Assembly (NCBI RefSeq): GCF_009834535.1
Contig: NC_045696.1
Span: 91,142,001 to 91,206,000, forward strand
Direction of reading: 5' to 3'
Length of the DNA stretch: 64,000 nt
Source: Camelus ferus
Taxonomy: Eukaryota
The notes under the pieces were generated by a model. That model did not search any database, had not been told where the DNA came from, and saw only the letters and a program-made list of their open reading frames with translations. A program made the translations under genes and the position numbers. Shown piece after piece: positions 12,331 through 24,849 of this stretch. Each line of letters begins with the position of its first letter. The stretch's first letter is position 1.

Positions 12331-13704
12331 ACAAAGGAGACAGAAGGACCAAGTGACGTACCCCTTTCTGTAGATAAGAGAGGGCTTAGTTAACTTATTT
12401 CTCAAAGAGAGTAAACTGAAGTGAATTCTTGAGATGCAGCCATTGTACTATATTCTCAAATTTAGGACAAATACCAGGGCCAGGAACACTTCAAATAGTT
12501 GTAAATATATATGTATACTGAAACATGTCTCACCTACTTGATAATCTCACATGCCTGTAACACCTCTGAAAATCTTTTCCTAAAACTGACAACTTACTCC
12601 TGGAACTCACAGTCCTCTCCACTTTCCCCTCTGTCTTTCCTCCATGTGCCCTCTGACCTTAGGTGGTAAGTCTTCATGTGCTTCTCAGACTAATATTTGA
12701 TGGTCCAACTCTTCAAACTCTGTGTGCCTGAAGTAATCATCAACCCCACTCTTGCAATGATCCTAGTGTCAAAGCACTCAACATAATTTCCCCTCACTCC
12801 TATTCAGTAGACAAAAATAGTGAATATTGATACCATCCTAAAGGACTCCTCTCAAATGATCCATTTTTGTATCAGTCAGGAATTATAAACACATGTGAGA
12901 ATCGAATGTTAGACTTATAGAGAAAAATCTAATTCTTTATTCCTTTTCTTATATCCAGTGATTGTTTCTGTCATCACAATTACTTTAAAAGCATCTGGGA
13001 TTTAGTGCTTTAAAGGAACTCACTCTGCCAGATTCAGACACGGTATGCCAAATGGTACTTATTCACAGTTTTCCACATTCTCCTCCCCATCCCATGACCA
13101 CCCAGAAGGAGTACTTAGTCTGTAAAATGGCAGGGAGAGTCCTTTCTACTTCTCCTTATTTTGTAGCCTTCTTTATAGAAGAAACTTCCATCCTTCCTCT
13201 CACACATCCGTAACTCACTTTTTCTTAGTGGAACAGAAATTCCTAATCTGATTGGTACCACCTAACATTCACTAGGTCACCTTTTACTAATGGTGGTATC
13301 CTTGTGCTCTCAGTTGCCACATGTCCCTCTTGCCCTTGGGGGCAGTGACCCCTTTGTTGGTAGCACACTTAGGCAGGAACATGGCCATATTTTCAGCCCA
13401 TTGTACCCAGTTTCTGAATTGCTGTGGGCCCAGCCATTTCCAGTTCAGGAAGGAAGACATAAGATGCTCCAAGTTGGCCTCAGACCAAAGCTATATTCTT
13501 GGATATAAGTTTACCAGGAACCCTGCTTTTATGAGGTTATTGGTATTTGGCCAAATTAATAAAGCAGTACTTCGTGTTTCAAGTGGCTGTTAACCACCTG
13601 GGCATCTATATTACCAGTAAGAAGTCCTGGGAGGAAAAGAGGGGAAGGGCCCCAAACTCCTAACGTAATAATTTAAGCAATTTGGAAACTAAAAGTGGCA
13701 TTTC

Positions 13705-14180
13705 AGTGATATCAGTTCACTGTTATTGCCATACCAAATAACCACACATTAACCCATCTGTTGTCTCACAGTTCTGTACGTCAGGAGTCCGGCACAGTAT
13801 GGTTCAGCTGATTCTCTACTTAGGACCTCACAAGGCTGAAGTCAAGATACCAGCATAATTGCCTTCCTTTACGGAGGCTCTGTGTGTGCATGAATCTGCT
13901 TCCAAGCTCATTCAAGTTGCTGGCAGAGTTTAGTTCCATAAGGTTGTAGGACTGAGATCCCTGTTCCCTTGCTGACTGTCATCCAGCAGAGGCTCCCAGC
14001 TTCTAGAGGCCACCCATATTTCTTGTCTCATGGCTCCCTTCTTCCATCTTCAAGGCAACAGTGGCAAGTAGAATCCTCATCCATACTCTGATTCTTTCTA
14101 ATTTCCCTTTTGCCTCACATTTCCTCTGCTGCATCTTTCTGCCTTCCTCTTCTTTTAAGGGCACAGGAGATTAGAATGGG
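13705..14180 (-). mobile_element. MaLR solo LTR (MLT1E-like)
   Basis: tctcacagttctgta..tcaggagtcc, gaatctgcttccaagctcattca and cttctagaggccaccca are typical MLT1 text. Confidence 0.8.
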
Positions 14181-14339
14181 ACATCTTTACAACTATTCCT
14201 TCCACGCAGTGCATCTATTTTTCAATTACAATCCTCAGCACCTCTCACGCCCTCAGTTCTGGCTAAATTTTCACTTTTGCCCCAGATGTCCAGGCACTGA
14301 ATTTTGCTCACTAAAATTCCTCTGTCCAAGGGTCAGCCT

Positions 14340-14820
14340 CTTTCTAACACTGTCTAACTGTGTATCATTGGACAGGTCCCTAAACCTCTCTGAGCCTCAT
14401 TTCCCTCATGTATAATAGAGATTTTGTACTCTCCAGTGTTATTCCAAGTATTAAATGAAAATGTATTGAGTAAATTTTGAAAACTGTAAAATGAAATAAG
14501 AACATTTATTGTACTCCCTCATGTTCTAAATATATTTTAAAAAATAGAATGGAAAGTGTTTAAAAAGTGGCAAAAGAAAGCTAAGAACAATAACTGAGTG
14601 TTGATCTAAACTTGTTTACATATTGTTTTGATATGGTGATTTCTGAACCTAGTTGGAACTGAAGTCAGAAAACATGGGCTAGAGTCCACTCATTAGCTGA
14701 GTGACCTTGGCCACACCATTTAGTTTCTCTAGGTCTTTTTTCCCCCTTCATCTGTTAAATTAATGTGTTTAACTAAAGGACCTCTGATGTCCCATTTAGC
14801 TCTGAAATTCTGTGCTTTTA
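14340..14820 (+). mobile_element. Two MIR fragments (about 14340-14490 and 14650-14820)
   Basis: aacctctctgagcctcatttccctcat; tagctgagtgaccttggcca. Confidence 0.7.
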
Positions 14821-15994
14821 GTTTATGCTCTTTCTTCAAGGTGTGCTAAGAATCAGAGTTGTAAGAAGCAATCTACTTATAGTCAGCTGTTCACAGATGA
14901 CTGTAAAATGCCCAAGACAAGCTCTTAATACTGGGCCTAGAAATCTTTTCTAGGATAACCTGAAATATGTCCGTAAATCCCAGCAGGCATTTTAGTCTTT
15001 TATCATTATAATCAAGCATTTTTTTTAGCATCCAGTTCCAAAGTATTTGACTAATGAATAGCTTCTGTTTAGAAATTCATATTATTTAATTGACAAGATG
15101 CTATTATGTTTCAGGAAAATACTAAATATGTTGCATCAATAAAAAGTTGTTCTTGAATTCTGTTTCTAAAAGAAAAATCAAGCAGGAACACAAAATCTAT
15201 TCAATATTTGTGAACTTCTGGGTTTCACCAATTTTTCAGAATTTGTATGTTAATAACTTAAATGGTAAAATCTGCCTTTTCTCTCCCTAAGAATTCTGTT
15301 TTTCTTTCAAACAAACCATGAAGATTGAATTACTAATGCATGCATTCAGTTTGCTGAGTGTTCCTCCATTCTGTGTTGTGGATCTGGAGTAAAAACTATC
15401 TTTATAAATTTTAGTTTTGAACTTTGAAAAGGAAAAATGTCCCCCAAACTCTCTTTTGGTGGGTTTTCCAGCAAAAGGACACTCATTTCCATTAGGATGT
15501 TGGTGCTGAACTTGAAGAAAATGGGGTTGTGAATTTTCAAGTCCCCTTTCCCTTGGTAGGCACCTCGGAGAGTTCTATTTCCTTCAGAGGCTGGGCTGGC
15601 AGCAGGAAAATGACAAAGCTGGCTGAATGTGAGCACAAGCCCTTGTCACATTTGAGTTAGTGCTTCTTATTGGGGGAGAAATGAGTGATTGTGACCACAC
15701 TATGGTGGTCAACCAGCCTTCACTTAAAGAAAATAATTTTCTTTGCCATGGTAATCTCCTAGGTTGTTGTAGCTGGCTGGGATTGAAGTCTCACAAGACG
15801 AATGTGTTGTGCAGTGTGTGGAGCTGTAATCAGTTGCACGTGTATGAGGGTTTCAGCCCCCTTGGATCAGGAGTGGCGTTGGAGAGGAAATGCTAGGATG
15901 CACCGAGCAAGGTAGGAACACGGATGGGCTCACCCACTCTGCTCGCAGTTTCTTAACTACAAGTCGGCAGTTTTACTGGGGGGTTAGACACGAC

Positions 15995-16016
15995 GGGGCA
16001 GGGCAGGGGCGGGGGG
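15995..16016 (+). other. Potential G-quadruplex including a GC box
   Basis: GGGGCAGGGCAGGGGCGGGGGG has four G-runs with 1-2 nt loops; GGGGCGGGG at 16006-16014. Confidence 0.55.
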
Positions 16017-16187
16017 TGGAGAGAGATAGACAATGAGTGAGAGAGAGAGGAGAGAGAGACAGAGAGAGAAGAGGGAAGTTGGGCCTATGAAAAAAGAGGA
16101 AGGGAAGAGTGCAAAAGTAGCAAAGTAACAGCAGACCTTGACTTTGTTTTTGGAATTGCAAGAAAAAAGGAGAAGCATAGGATAGGA

Positions 16188-16325
16188 CACTCATTGATTC
16201 ACTGATTATTTATTCAACAAATTGAGCACCAGCTTTGTGCTCAGTACTCTGCTGGTTGTTGCGGATACAACAGTGAATAGGCACCCTCCTTGCCCTTGAG
16301 GAGCTTATGTATGATCACTGGGAAA
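16188..16325 (-). mobile_element. L2 3' end
   Basis: tttattcaacaaattgagcacc..tgtgc..ggatacaacagtgaat..gcccttgaggagctta. Confidence 0.7.
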
Positions 16326-17619
16326 GACAGTCTCAGAAGTGCATTCAGGTGCTCCTTCTATGCCTAGACTTGCTCAGGAAAAGAGAAACTCTGCTGACCA
16401 GGTGGGTCCTCCAGGTCCTCCTAGAAGGTATTCCTGTGAGTAATGAATGCCCCTTCCCTGAGCATAAGGCACTCCTATTAGGCCTGCTCACTGGGGTCTT
16501 CCACTGCAGAAGCTACGGTTTGAGGAAGCACTTTTCAATTTTCACATTTTGGAAGACTATTGGCAAGCCATAGTTCATGGCTGTTTCTACTGGACAGACT
16601 TGTTTGTGTTGGGGAGAGAACAATTGTAGGGTGACATTTATAACATCCTTACATGGAGTTGGAATAATTTTGTAGGACAGTCAGAATAGTTAGTCTTCTG
16701 ATATAAGAATGAGTGAGAGCAAAGCAGGCCAGAATTGGCCAGACACTCTTTCCACAAGTCCAGCCTTATTTGTCCTGTATCTCAGTTCCAGATCTTGGTA
16801 GGCAATAGGAAGCATCAAATAAACTGACTCATCCTGATCTGTCACTGGCAGTCACTGGGCAGGAGTCAGCTCTCCCTTTACCAAGTGACGTTAATGCTGC
16901 TGTGGCCCAAGTGAGTTCGTAATGGGAGATTTCAGACACTCAGTCAGGACTAGGAAAAAGGCACAGGCTTTGGGCTCTCCTCAATTCCTGGCTTATTCTG
17001 AAAATGCATAAATCTGAGGGGGAAGATTCTGATGTGTCTGATGGGAGAGAAGGCGGAAGCATCTGGGAGCAGTTCTGGTGAAGCTTCTCATTCTCCACCT
17101 ATGAACAATCACTACTTAAGTCTTTTGAGTAGAAATTCTAACAGCTTAGAAGCACATTCTGACTTGAATTAAAATATGTTTTTCATTCTAAAACTGGGAA
17201 AGTGCACTTCATATGTAATCATTTTTGTCAGGTCCTCCCGCCTCAAAAAAGTATGGCTTTTTAGACTAATCCCTGGATGAAAAGTGCTTTGAGTTTGAGA
17301 CCCATCCCCCATCCCTTTTCTTTCACAGTTTTGCCTTTAGCCTCCCCAAGAACCATTAAAACTGGCAAAACAACTGCTTCCCCTGTCGCTGGGCTCCCAG
17401 TGATGGACTCAAAGCAGGGTGGCTAAAAGAATCCCCGGGTTATTCCTCTAATCACTCCTTGTTTAGGAAATAAAGTTTTGCTTATTTATTGTAGGTTGTT
17501 TTTTTTTTTTTTTCAAATGAAGAGATAGGAAATTGAAATTTGAAATACTATTGGCATTTATGTTATAAATATATTTATCTACATGTAAATGTTAAATTTA
17601 ACGTATTTAAAGATTATTT

Positions 17620-17990
17620 TAACCACCATTTACGGGGTATTTTACAATTCCCAAGGTCCTTCATATAATACGTCATCATTTGACCCTCATAGTAGTGCTA
17701 TAGGAGCAGCTCCATAGTTGCCTTTTTCCCTCCAGAAGAAAGGAGAAGAGGTCCACATATGTGCTCCCTGGATTGTGCCAGTCACTCAAAAATATTCTGT
17801 GCAACTATGCATATATATTCCAATATGTATTCTTTCATATCATTCTTACAGCAGCACTGTAAAGTAGGTATTATTTGTATATTTATGTTTTTATGGGTTG
17901 AACTCACCTAGCTTTTAAACAGGGAACCCAGGACCCAAAGCCCTATGCTTTGGTTTGTTGGGCCCCAAAGTCCAGTGCTCTTGCTCCTAC
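17620..17990 (-). mobile_element. Decayed MIR fragments
   Basis: tcatttgaccctcatagtag; cttacagcagcactgtaaagtaggtattatt. Confidence 0.5.
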
Positions 17991-19312
17991 CCCCACCCTC
18001 CCTACTGAGGGCCGGTCTTGTTTGTTCTGGCCCTGGTGGCTCTTTCTTCTCCAAGCACCACTAACCTCTGTCTGCAGAAACAGCAGCTTTGTTCCAAGTC
18101 ATGGCTGTAAAGTGTCTGTCTGAGAGGCATATTTGGCCAATATGGCAGATTCTCCCACTTAATAAGGAACTGGGAGGATGTTTCACCCACAGCGCCCACT
18201 GCCTCTGAAATTCTGGGATGGGGACGCGGAAGGGTGCTGGTCGGTGCCTCTCTTCGCAAAGGCAGACGTTTTGCTGCCTTTGTCCATATGCAATCAGTTA
18301 TTGCTTACTGCTCACCCATCACCTCGATTGCATTTCTCTAAAGTCATTTCGTTTTGCCCCCGCATCTGGGAACCACAGGCCTGGACTGCGAATTTCTGAC
18401 TCCCTCCTTTATGTCATTCTGCCTGCTCCATGCTACTCAGTAAAATGTAGATTTTGTCCCTCCACCACACACATCATCTCCTTCCTCACCCCTCTCCAGT
18501 CTTTTTTTTTTTTTTTTTTTAACCTAGAAATGTTGGCTCCAGTCAGGGTAGAAGGCAAGGGATGTAAGGGGGGAAAATCAATGCTGGCCTCTGGCTATCA
18601 TTTAAACAAAACAGAATCAGCTTCTGTAGACAGCTGCTATTCTCAGGCTAAGTTTTGGTGTTAAAACACTTGAAACTGAAGAAAGTACATTACAAAATGT
18701 GTTTTATAAGCAATACTTTTTTGATTCCAATGTTTTAAAAACATTTCATCTCTTATTTCTTGTCTCATCCTCTAAAACTAGTAATAGCCTAGGCTAACTA
18801 AAAAACTCCTATAAACCCTATCTAGATTAAAATACAGTAGCCCATTTCCAAGCTTTCACAAGTAAAGCCATTTTGGAATAATTTTAACCATTTTTAAACA
18901 AACTCTTCACTGAACATTTCAACATGGCACCCAGAGGGTGCTTTGCGAACCTGACAACCATTTCCTGTTTTTCAAGAACAAGAAGGAGTTTTAAAGAAAG
19001 CAAGGTCTCCCCCTTTCAGATGTAGAAATAATAATAAAAATGACTCTACAGTCCTTAGGGCTGGCTGGGAGACACATCCAAGAACAGGTAGTGAGGACCT
19101 AATGGGTCATGACAGCTCAGATATAGAAGTTATCTCCCCACAGTAGGGGTGGCCTCATTAGCCACTTCTGGTTTAGTTTTGCTGCAGCAGCCGTGAGTGA
19201 TGAGGCCACCCTTATCTCACAGAGACGAAGACCATATTCTCCAGTACTGTGACATTTTATGTCTGTATAACCACTTATGGCATAGATTTCATTTCCCAGC
19301 TACACATGTGCA

Positions 19313-19358
19313 TCACACACACACACAGAGACACACACACACACATACACACACACAC
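19313..19358. repeat. Interrupted (CA)n microsatellite
   Basis: Directly visible. Confidence 0.9.
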
Positions 19359-21485
19359 CAGAAGAAGAAAGAACTGTCTGTCTTTGAGTGACGTTCAAAG
19401 TTGAATGTGGCTACTGCAGATTGAAAGAGAACTCTTACCCCCAAACTGTAGGCACTTGAATGACTTTCAAGAAAACCAACTTCCCTTTCTCTCTTAATAT
19501 GATTTTCATACCAATTTAGCTCCCTATGCCAAAGCATTTTAGAAATGGCAGTAGTACATTTAAAAAACCGAAAAGTGACACCCCTTGTCCATGAAGGGGA
19601 AAGCAAGCTAATTCCTTGACTAGAAAGTGGCAGTGAGGTTGGTCCATCTCTGTCCCATGAGCCACTGGTGTCACAAAGCTGACAAAATGCACATTCTCAG
19701 GTCAGTTCTTTCTTCAAGCACGGCTCCTGGTGGGAGGTGCTGGTGACATGAAGACTAAGTCTTAGCCCTGCTTGAATCAACCAGTCATTCTATATTGTGC
19801 TTTCTCTTTTTGGTTTTAAATTATTTATTAAAAGACACAATGCCTGTTAGGGCAACCTCATCAGGATGGAGAACATGGATTCAGTGACTTGTGCATAAAA
19901 TCTGCAACTCAAATGAAAACTGTGGGGAAACTTCAAACAGTGACAGAATAGAAGGAACTCAAAAGTGAGGTGTTCCCCTTTTGGATTTTAGTTCAGAAGA
20001 AGAGAAGGCGTGTAAATATTTTGGTTTTATTCTCCAAATGTTTCTTTTTTCTCTTTTAAAAGTAAAATGTTTTTAGAAACCCCCAGCTTGGCTTTCCTCC
20101 TAAAAAACGCAGGGAACCCTGCTTAGGGTTAGTTTCGTTCCTCCTTCAGGATGTGCGTGTGGGTTGGTTGGGAGGTGAAGAAGGGCTAGCTGCTCTCTTT
20201 TTCTTTGCTTTGATGGATTTCTCCCCTCATAAACCATAGCCCAGCTCATAATTATAATGCAAAACCGCATTCCCACAGCCTGCTTGGTGCATTTCAAATC
20301 TGAAGTTCCTTGAAGTTCTATGGATTTTTAAATATTGATATTCATTAATTGTGTGGCTTTTGGTGACATAAATGCACATTACATACTTTCATGTGCTGGA
20401 AACAGCTAAAAATGCCATGTCACAAATGTTTACATGGCTGTTATGGAAAATGGTACCATGCTAATATATGTCTGCTTCTTAAATTCTGTTAGCAGTTGTA
20501 AGACAGTCAGATACCACCCGTGGGATCTTGTGCCCTCATGAAACACAATTACAATGAGAATATCTCATTATCTCATTGGCTTTAGCTTACTGCTCTGTTA
20601 CCATGGTTTCAAATACACAGAGGAGTCTGAAACTAAGAGTGCTGCTAACAAAGAACATATCCTTGTACAATGACATCAGATCATGTTAGACAGAATAGAC
20701 TTAATTAAATACCCCCTGATGGAGGCCAAAATACAGAAGTTGGATCTACTTTTTAAAAAGGAAACCAGCCATTTTAAAGCATTCTACTTAATTTACTTGG
20801 GAATTTTGTATTCCTTTCTGATAGAGACTACTATAATAAAAAAACAAAACCAAACTCAGATCCCATTTAATATTCACCATGAGTGATGAGAAGTTAAGGA
20901 AATGGGGAAGAATAAGACAACTGTCAGAAGAGAATGATGTCAAATGGGGTTTTCTTGGCTACTGAGCCAACCACCCTTCAGACGAAGCAACTGGAACAGT
21001 TCTGAAGATGCAGACTATTAGACCCCCTGCTCATGACATGTCCGTGGAATTCATAGCGTGAGTTCTGGCCCTCCCAAATGAGATCTGGTTCTGCCAGACA
21101 CTTATTTCACCCTCTTTTCTGACATATGTCTAACTTTGAAAAACTAGAATTATATTATTTTTCATGATGGGAAACAAGCTGACTTTACTAGAAGAGCAAT
21201 CACAGCTTTGGCCTCTTGGACTTCTGACTGCTTTGTAGTTTGCGTTGGTTTGATAGATTTCCAGCCGTTGCTTACTCTGCACTGAGGAAAGTGCCTCATG
21301 ACTCCAGCCAACGTGGCTTTTGTTTAAGCAAATCTTTGAAATATACTTAAGTACGAGAAATCTTTTAGGCCTCAGAGTTATCCTACTGTAAAACCATTTT
21401 CTCCCAAAGATCTAAAACAGTGGCTTCATTTTTTATGTCATAAAATTAATTTCCCTTGTTAATATGAAGCTTATTCCTCCCCTCC

Positions 21486-21514
21486 CACACACACATCTCT
21501 CTCTCTCTCTCTTT

Positions 21515-21556
<42 letters not shown>
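21486..21556. repeat. Compound (CA)n(TC)n(CA)n microsatellite
   Basis: Directly visible. Confidence 0.95.
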
Positions 21557-21558
<2 letters not shown>

Positions 21559-22409
21559 AATCATAGCAGTAAAAAAGAAAAATTTAAATCACTTATAGGC
21601 CCTGGAGACTATCGGGTGACATAATGTGACAATAATGACATCCCTGGTGGTGTTAATTGATTTTGTCCTGGTAGAGGGTAATTTGACTTCCACAGTGACT
21701 GGCGGATCATGGACTTACTGATTGGTCTTTCTAGGTAGTATTACCGTTAATGAACAGAAAACACACTTTCCTCTTTAAAAGATACTGATAATTATGGAGA
21801 AGGGAAGATGGAAAGCCATAGGTTCTTAATCGTTTAAGGAGAGTTAATTCTGAGCTGTTTGCATTAAAAGGGGATATATGGCAAAAGACTGTGAATTAGC
21901 AATTCAGAGTCTCACTCCATAAAATCCAGCTGCTTTTATGCTGCCTTAGGAAGATCTGTGAAAAAGCCAAATGATTTGTAAAGTGTGCTTTAACAGAAAA
22001 AAATAGCAATTGGCAGCCGCATGTGCTGTGTGATTAAAAGTGATACATCATCTGTCAAGGTGGCTTACTTTATTGGTCTACATTCCTTTCTTTATGGCTC
22101 CTAATTGGTGTGATTTTTAAAATATTTTTAAAATGAAAAACACATCTCATTCTAAATCGCGTGTGTGGAATAAGATATTCAGATAATTCTGATTTTCAGA
22201 AGAGTCAGAGAGATTTGGCAGTCATTTGTGTGAAAATCAAATAATTGAGATTATGTAAATGGAAATGATGCTACCCATCTTAGTTAAAGGCAACATTATT
22301 CTCTTTGTCACCAAGCTGAAAACTTTAGAGACATCTCAATTCACTTCTCACTCATTGAGTTCACCCAGTTAAGTCCTATCTGTTGTATCAGACTTGGCGA
22401 TATTTTGCC

Positions 22410-22492
22410 TCCAGGCACCAGTTCTGCCAGAGCATTCTGATGGGTCAGCGTCCATACATGCAAGTTGTTAAATATTTTGTATATCAACCTGC
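22410..22492. mobile_element. hAT (Tip100/ORSL-like) terminal fragment; related fragment in opposite orientation at about 45854-45935
   Basis: agttgttaaatattttgtatatcaacctg here, and caggagtgatatt...atatttagcaact...ccagtcagaac at 45.9 kb. Confidence 0.45.
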
Positions 22493-22845
22493 ATCCTATC
22501 ATTTAAGTATCTTTTGATATTAATGTTAGGATATCTACTCTTTTATCTCTATTGATGTGCTACTCCCTCAGTCAGATTTTAGTTTTCTCTAATCCAGACT
22601 CTAATAATAGACTTTAATTTTTTAGGGTGATTAGTAGCTGGTTATTTTTTTTTCTCTAATAGTATACTTTCAACTGGACGTTTTTACTCCAATCTCCTCC
22701 TACTCTAATCCATGCTCTACCCTCTAGTTTATATTTATATTTTTAGGTATTTATATGAACTATTTTTATATATTTATATCAGCTGTTGGAAAAAGTAGAA
22801 GTATAGTGTACATAGAGAAAAGTGCACAGATCCTAAGTCTACAAC

Positions 22846-23728
22846 TGTATTGTTTTAGAAAAGATTCCCTAGAACCTGATACGGAGATTTTTATTTATGA
22901 GATTTAGTAAGGGAGTGCATGCAGCTGAAACCTGTAAGAGGACAGGAAAAGTGAAGCAGGAGAAGTGGCAGAAGATGTAAAGAGCTGGGACGGCTGGGAG
23001 ATTTTATCTTATCTGCAAGGTAACAAATTAGCCTGCCTCAGTTTCACAGATGCCAACAGACTTGAGGGTCAGAGATGAAGGGCTTTATTACTAACAGCAA
23101 TAGTAGCAGGCAGAGGATCAGCGTCTGTACTGGTTCCCTGAGCCTCACATCCCATATGATGTTAGAGTGGGGCCAGTAATGCCACACAGTCAGTGGGTTG
23201 TTACAGGAGAGGAGCCCAAACTTAGGGAAACTGAATCTTTTATAATGGGAAGGAACCTGTCTGAACTTTGCCCTGGAGGGAGATACTATCTTTATTATAC
23301 TGGACAGTAAACAAACTTACCCTTTGTTCCAGGGAGATACTGTTTTTACCTTTCAAGGGTGATCACTCTATGGACAACCTTGTAAGGATCATGCAGAACA
23401 AAGGTGGTCAGTGCCTCTGGCTCACAAGATGTGCAGAAATGTGAAAGACCCATGGGGAATTATCTCCCAACTCAGCTAATGTCTAGTTTTGTGATCCCAA
23501 GGGACCTGGCTTTTGCACTTCTGCATCACTCAACCTTTGGCTGTGGATCACCCTGTTAGGAAGGCACAACCTTGGGAGTGTTTCCAAGGGAAACCACTTC
23601 TTTCGGTCTAGACTGATTCTCAGAACAAGGGTGCAGCTGTGAGCTGCTAGTAGCCAACACTTACAGGAGCTAAGGAAGGATATACTGAGTAAAGAGGATC
23701 TGTGTCAGACACCAATATTGTTTATTAT
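22846..23728 (-). mobile_element. ERVL-type solo LTR (LTR16-like), split by an inner LTR
   Basis: Segments at about 22846-22995 and 23473-23728 resemble recalled LTR16 consensus (e.g. gggtgcagctgtgagctg..agccaacac). Confidence 0.6.
22995..23472 (-). mobile_element. ERVL solo LTR (LTR40-like)
   Basis: Reverse complement starts gttgggagataattccccatgggtctttcacatttctgcacatcttg, matching the recalled LTR40 5' end. Confidence 0.7.
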
Positions 23729-24725
23729 GTTAATTATCACAAAGTGAATATACTCAGGTAATCACAATCCAGAATAAGCAACATAGAATTACCAACCCCC
23801 AGATACCTCTGTTTGTGCCTCTTCCATGTTATAATCCACCCATGCCTCCTCAAATATAACTAGTATTCCAACTTCTAACACCTTAGATTGGTGCCTGTTG
23901 TTGAACTTTATACATATGAAATCATACAGTATGTTCTCCATTATGTCTGGTGTTTTTCACTCAGCATTACTTTTGTGAGATTCATTCATGTTGATGTTTG
24001 TAGCAGAACATTCATTTTCATCACTGTATAGTATTCCATTTTGTGGGTATACCACAATTTACTTATCCTTTCTTCCATCAATAGGCATTTAGTTCATTCT
24101 GGTTTTTGTCTATTATGACTGAAGCTCTTTTTTCTATAGTATTCTTGAACATGACTTTTATGTTCACATTTCTATTGAATGTGTATTTTACAGTGGACTT
24201 GTTGGTTCATAAGCTATGCATGTGTTTAACTTTAGTCCCTGTTGCCAACCACTTTTCCAGAATTGTTGTCCTGGTTTATACTCCAGCCAGCACGGTAGAA
24301 AAGTTTCATTTACTTCATAGCTTTGCCAACCCTTGATCTTTTTTCTACATTTTAGCCATTTTGGTGGGTAAATATGTAGTTGTTGTTCCTTGTGTTTTTA
24401 ATTTGTATTTCTCTGATGACTCACAGGGTGAACACTTTTTCATATACTTGTTGGCCATTTGGATATCTTTTTAGATGTGCTTATTTCAGATGTTTTGCTC
24501 AGTTGTCTGTGTTTTTATTTCTTAAAGATTTGTTGGAGTTTATCTTAAAATTATGTGTATCCTCAACTTATAAACTTGAATACAAATTATATTTTTTACA
24601 TTTCCTGAAGAATGAAAGGACCTTAGAACTCTTTAACTCCATTAATCTATCTGATCTTTTGTGTTTCCAATATGGTATTATATTCTTTTTCTTGTGAAAA
24701 ACTCTCCTTTTGTCTAAAGAACTTC

Positions 24726-24776
<51 letters not shown>

Positions 24777-24777
24777 T
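24726..24777. repeat. (AT)n microsatellite with one central C
   Basis: Directly visible. Confidence 0.95.
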
Positions 24778-24849
24778 TCTTTTAACTTGGGACCAAGTAG
24801 TGACAAATAAGCTCAGTTTTTGTCTCATTGTTTTAAATTTTATTTCACT

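Larger units (their letters stand above)
22795..24545 (-). mobile_element. Old L1M (L1ME-like) 3' end, interrupted by LTRs at about 22846-23728
   Basis: gaaaagtgcacagatcctaagtctacaact resumes as ttatcacaaagtgaatatac after the LTR block; typical L1 3'UTR antisense text follows. Confidence 0.75.

Noticed and set aside
13287..13593. Overlapping short ORFs as possible retroviral integrase remnants
   Set aside because: No DDE, HHCC or other retroviral motif in the frames I read.
18218..18664. 148-aa plus ORF
   Set aside because: Runs through a poly(T) tract; random-looking composition and no recognisable homology.
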